Sequence record: SRR22947725_847
Strand: one strand, 5' to 3'
DNA: 34,283 nucleotides
Within the stretch, counting starts at the first letter, position 1. Each line of letters begins with the position of its first letter. The translations under genes were made by a program, and so were the position numbers. Positions 32,864 to 34,283 of the stretch are shown here, piece after piece. Below the pieces are notes generated by a model. It worked only from the letters and a program-made list of their open reading frames with translations. It searched no databases and was not told where the DNA came from.

Positions 32864-34283
32864 ATGGTGAATTCATTGAATCAAAAGATTCGCAAGGTGA
32901 TTGGCTGTTGCATGCTGATCAACTTGTTCATGAGCTTACAGGCAAATGATTCCTTCGATATCATAAAAGAGGCATACCTTCACAACGATCATCTCAGATT
33001 TGAATCAACCGTCCTGATTCAGGATAACCTGGATGAGCCTCTTGTCTTTGAAGTGCTTGATGATGGGCGCGTTTTCCTTATAGAGCGAAAGGGAGCCATC
33101 AAGTTGTATCAGCCCACTGATGCGAGCGTAAGGACAATCGGGTTCCTGGAAGTCAATACGAGCGGTAACGAAGAGCAGGGTTTAGTGGGGATGACTCTCG
33201 ACCCTGATTTTCGAGAAAATGGATGGATGTATCTTTATTATTTTCACCCGAATCAAGCCAAGGCGATTATCAGTCGCTGGGATATCCTTGATGATACCCT
33301 CGTGGTGGATTCAGAAAAAATTCTATTGGGATTTCCTGCACAACGTGAAACCTGTTGTCACACGGGGGGAGGGATGACGTGGGATAAGGATGATAATCTT
33401 TATATCGCGACAGGGAACAATACCGGGATCAATGAAACATCCCACACTGATGAGCGACCGGGTCGTAGCAGTTGGGATGGCCAGCGTGGTGCTTCCAATA
33501 CCGATAGCCTTGAAGGGAAAATTTTGAGAATTTACCCAGAACCCAATGGTAGCTACACCATTCCCCAAGGAAATCTTTTTCCCCTCACCACTCCTTTGAC
33601 ACGGCCGGAAATTTACACCATGGGACATCTCAATGCGTGGAGAGTTTCCATCGATAGTGCGACAGGTTATCTATATTGGGGAGAGACGGGGCCTGACGGA
33701 AGCGAGGATTCCAAACGCGGACCAAAAGGATTCGATGAATTCAATCAAGCTCGTGGCCCCGGATTTTTTGGCTGGCCCTATTTTACTGGAGGAGCTGCAT
33801 TTCCTGTTATGGATTATGAAACGAATACACCCGGTGAAATAAAAAATCCGAAATCTCCAACGAATCTTTCACCCAATAATACGGGGATGACTGAATTGCC
33901 TCCTGTTTCTCCTTCCTTTATCAATTATTCCCACGATCAAAACGAACAATTTCCTTCCATGGGAACTGGAGAGCGCTCCGCCACGGGCGGACCCGTTTAC
34001 CGTCATGCAGACTATCCAAACGCCAAACGTCCCTGGCCTGATTATTTTGAGGGTAAATGGTTGGTTGCAGAATTTTCAAGGAAAGCCATTTTTATGATAA
34101 CTATGGATCATGAGGGCAATGCTCAATCCCTTGAACGATTCCTGCCCGGTTACCATCCCTCGGGGCCTATCGATATGAAATTTGCTCCAGACGGGAATTT
34201 ATATGTTCTTGAGCATGGCGAGGGACGGTTTAAGTCAAATTCCGAGGCAAAATTGGTACGCATCACCTATGAAGGCAACAGCC
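32864..34283 (+). CDS. PQQ-dependent glucose/sorbosone dehydrogenase-family protein, 3'-truncated by the window edge (not in the ORF track)
   Basis: Manual translation from ATG 32864 is open to the end of the window: LDEPLVFEVLDDGRVFLIERKG, EQGLVGMTLDPDF, CCHTGGGM, GKILRI, EFNQARGPGFFGWPY and PIDMKFAPDGNLYVLE. Confidence 0.9.
   Translation, partial: MVNSLNQKIRKVIGCCMLINLFMSLQANDSFDIIKEAYLHNDHLRFESTVLIQDNLDEPLVFEVLDDGRVFLIERKGAIKLYQPTDASVRTIGFLEVNTSGNEEQGLVGMTLDPDFRENGWMYLYYFHPNQAKAIISRWDILDDTLVVDSEKILLGFPAQRETCCHTGGGMTWDKDDNLYIATGNNTGINETSHTDERPGRSSWDGQRGASNTDSLEGKILRIYPEPNGSYTIPQGNLFPLTTPLTRPEIYTMGHLNAWRVSIDSATGYLYWGETGPDGSEDSKRGPKGFDEFNQARGPGFFGWPYFTGGAAFPVMDYETNTPGEIKNPKSPTNLSPNNTGMTELPPVSPSFINYSHDQNEQFPSMGTGERSATGGPVYRHADYPNAKRPWPDYFEGKWLVAEFSRKAIFMITMDHEGNAQSLERFLPGYHPSGPIDMKFAPDGNLYVLEHGEGRFKSNSEAKLVRITYEGNS

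Noticed and set aside
33323-33842. Track ORFs 33323-33628 (-) and 33633-33842 (+)
   Set aside because: Both are shadows of the real GSDH frame, which starts at 32864 and runs off the window.
1-34283. CRISPR arrays, tRNA/rRNA, integrase/transposase, phage or anti-phage defence genes
   Set aside because: None was recognised in any intergenic gap or ORF by eye. tRNAscan and Infernal were not run.

Overview
Bacterial window of about 34 kb. Gene content points to a PVC-superphylum organism, most likely Verrucomicrobiota (inference from the sulfatases, the PSCyt/DUF1549/DUF1553 + DUF1501 pair, DUF1080 and GSDH-cytochrome fusions). Positions 1-22317 hold carbohydrate and sulfate-ester genes: galM (partial), two SDRs, a Tat-exported TIM-barrel isomerase, a GSDH-diheme fusion, two sulfatases, manA-manB, GDPD, an NHL-repeat protein, DUF1080, an orphan L7Ae-like protein, an esterase, TlpA and PSD1/DUF1501. 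A probable sulfatase 3' remnant (about 22404-22631) precedes a heavy-metal module at about 22.7-31.0 kb. That module has a MerR/CueR-like dyad, a Cys/His-rich exported leader ORF ending in QAPP, a structured spacer, and a cusCBA-type Cu(I)/Ag(I) RND operon with unusually expanded CusB and CusA. It is followed by a GTAG-type REP/REPIN-like hairpin, an MFS transporter and a second GSDH gene that runs off the window and is missing from the ORF track. The best candidate for an undescribed system is the leader ORF acting as a metal- or secretion-responsive ribosome-arrest peptide that controls the efflux operon. No tRNA, rRNA, CRISPR array, integrase or transposase was recognised. All calls come from reading motifs by eye; no searches were run.
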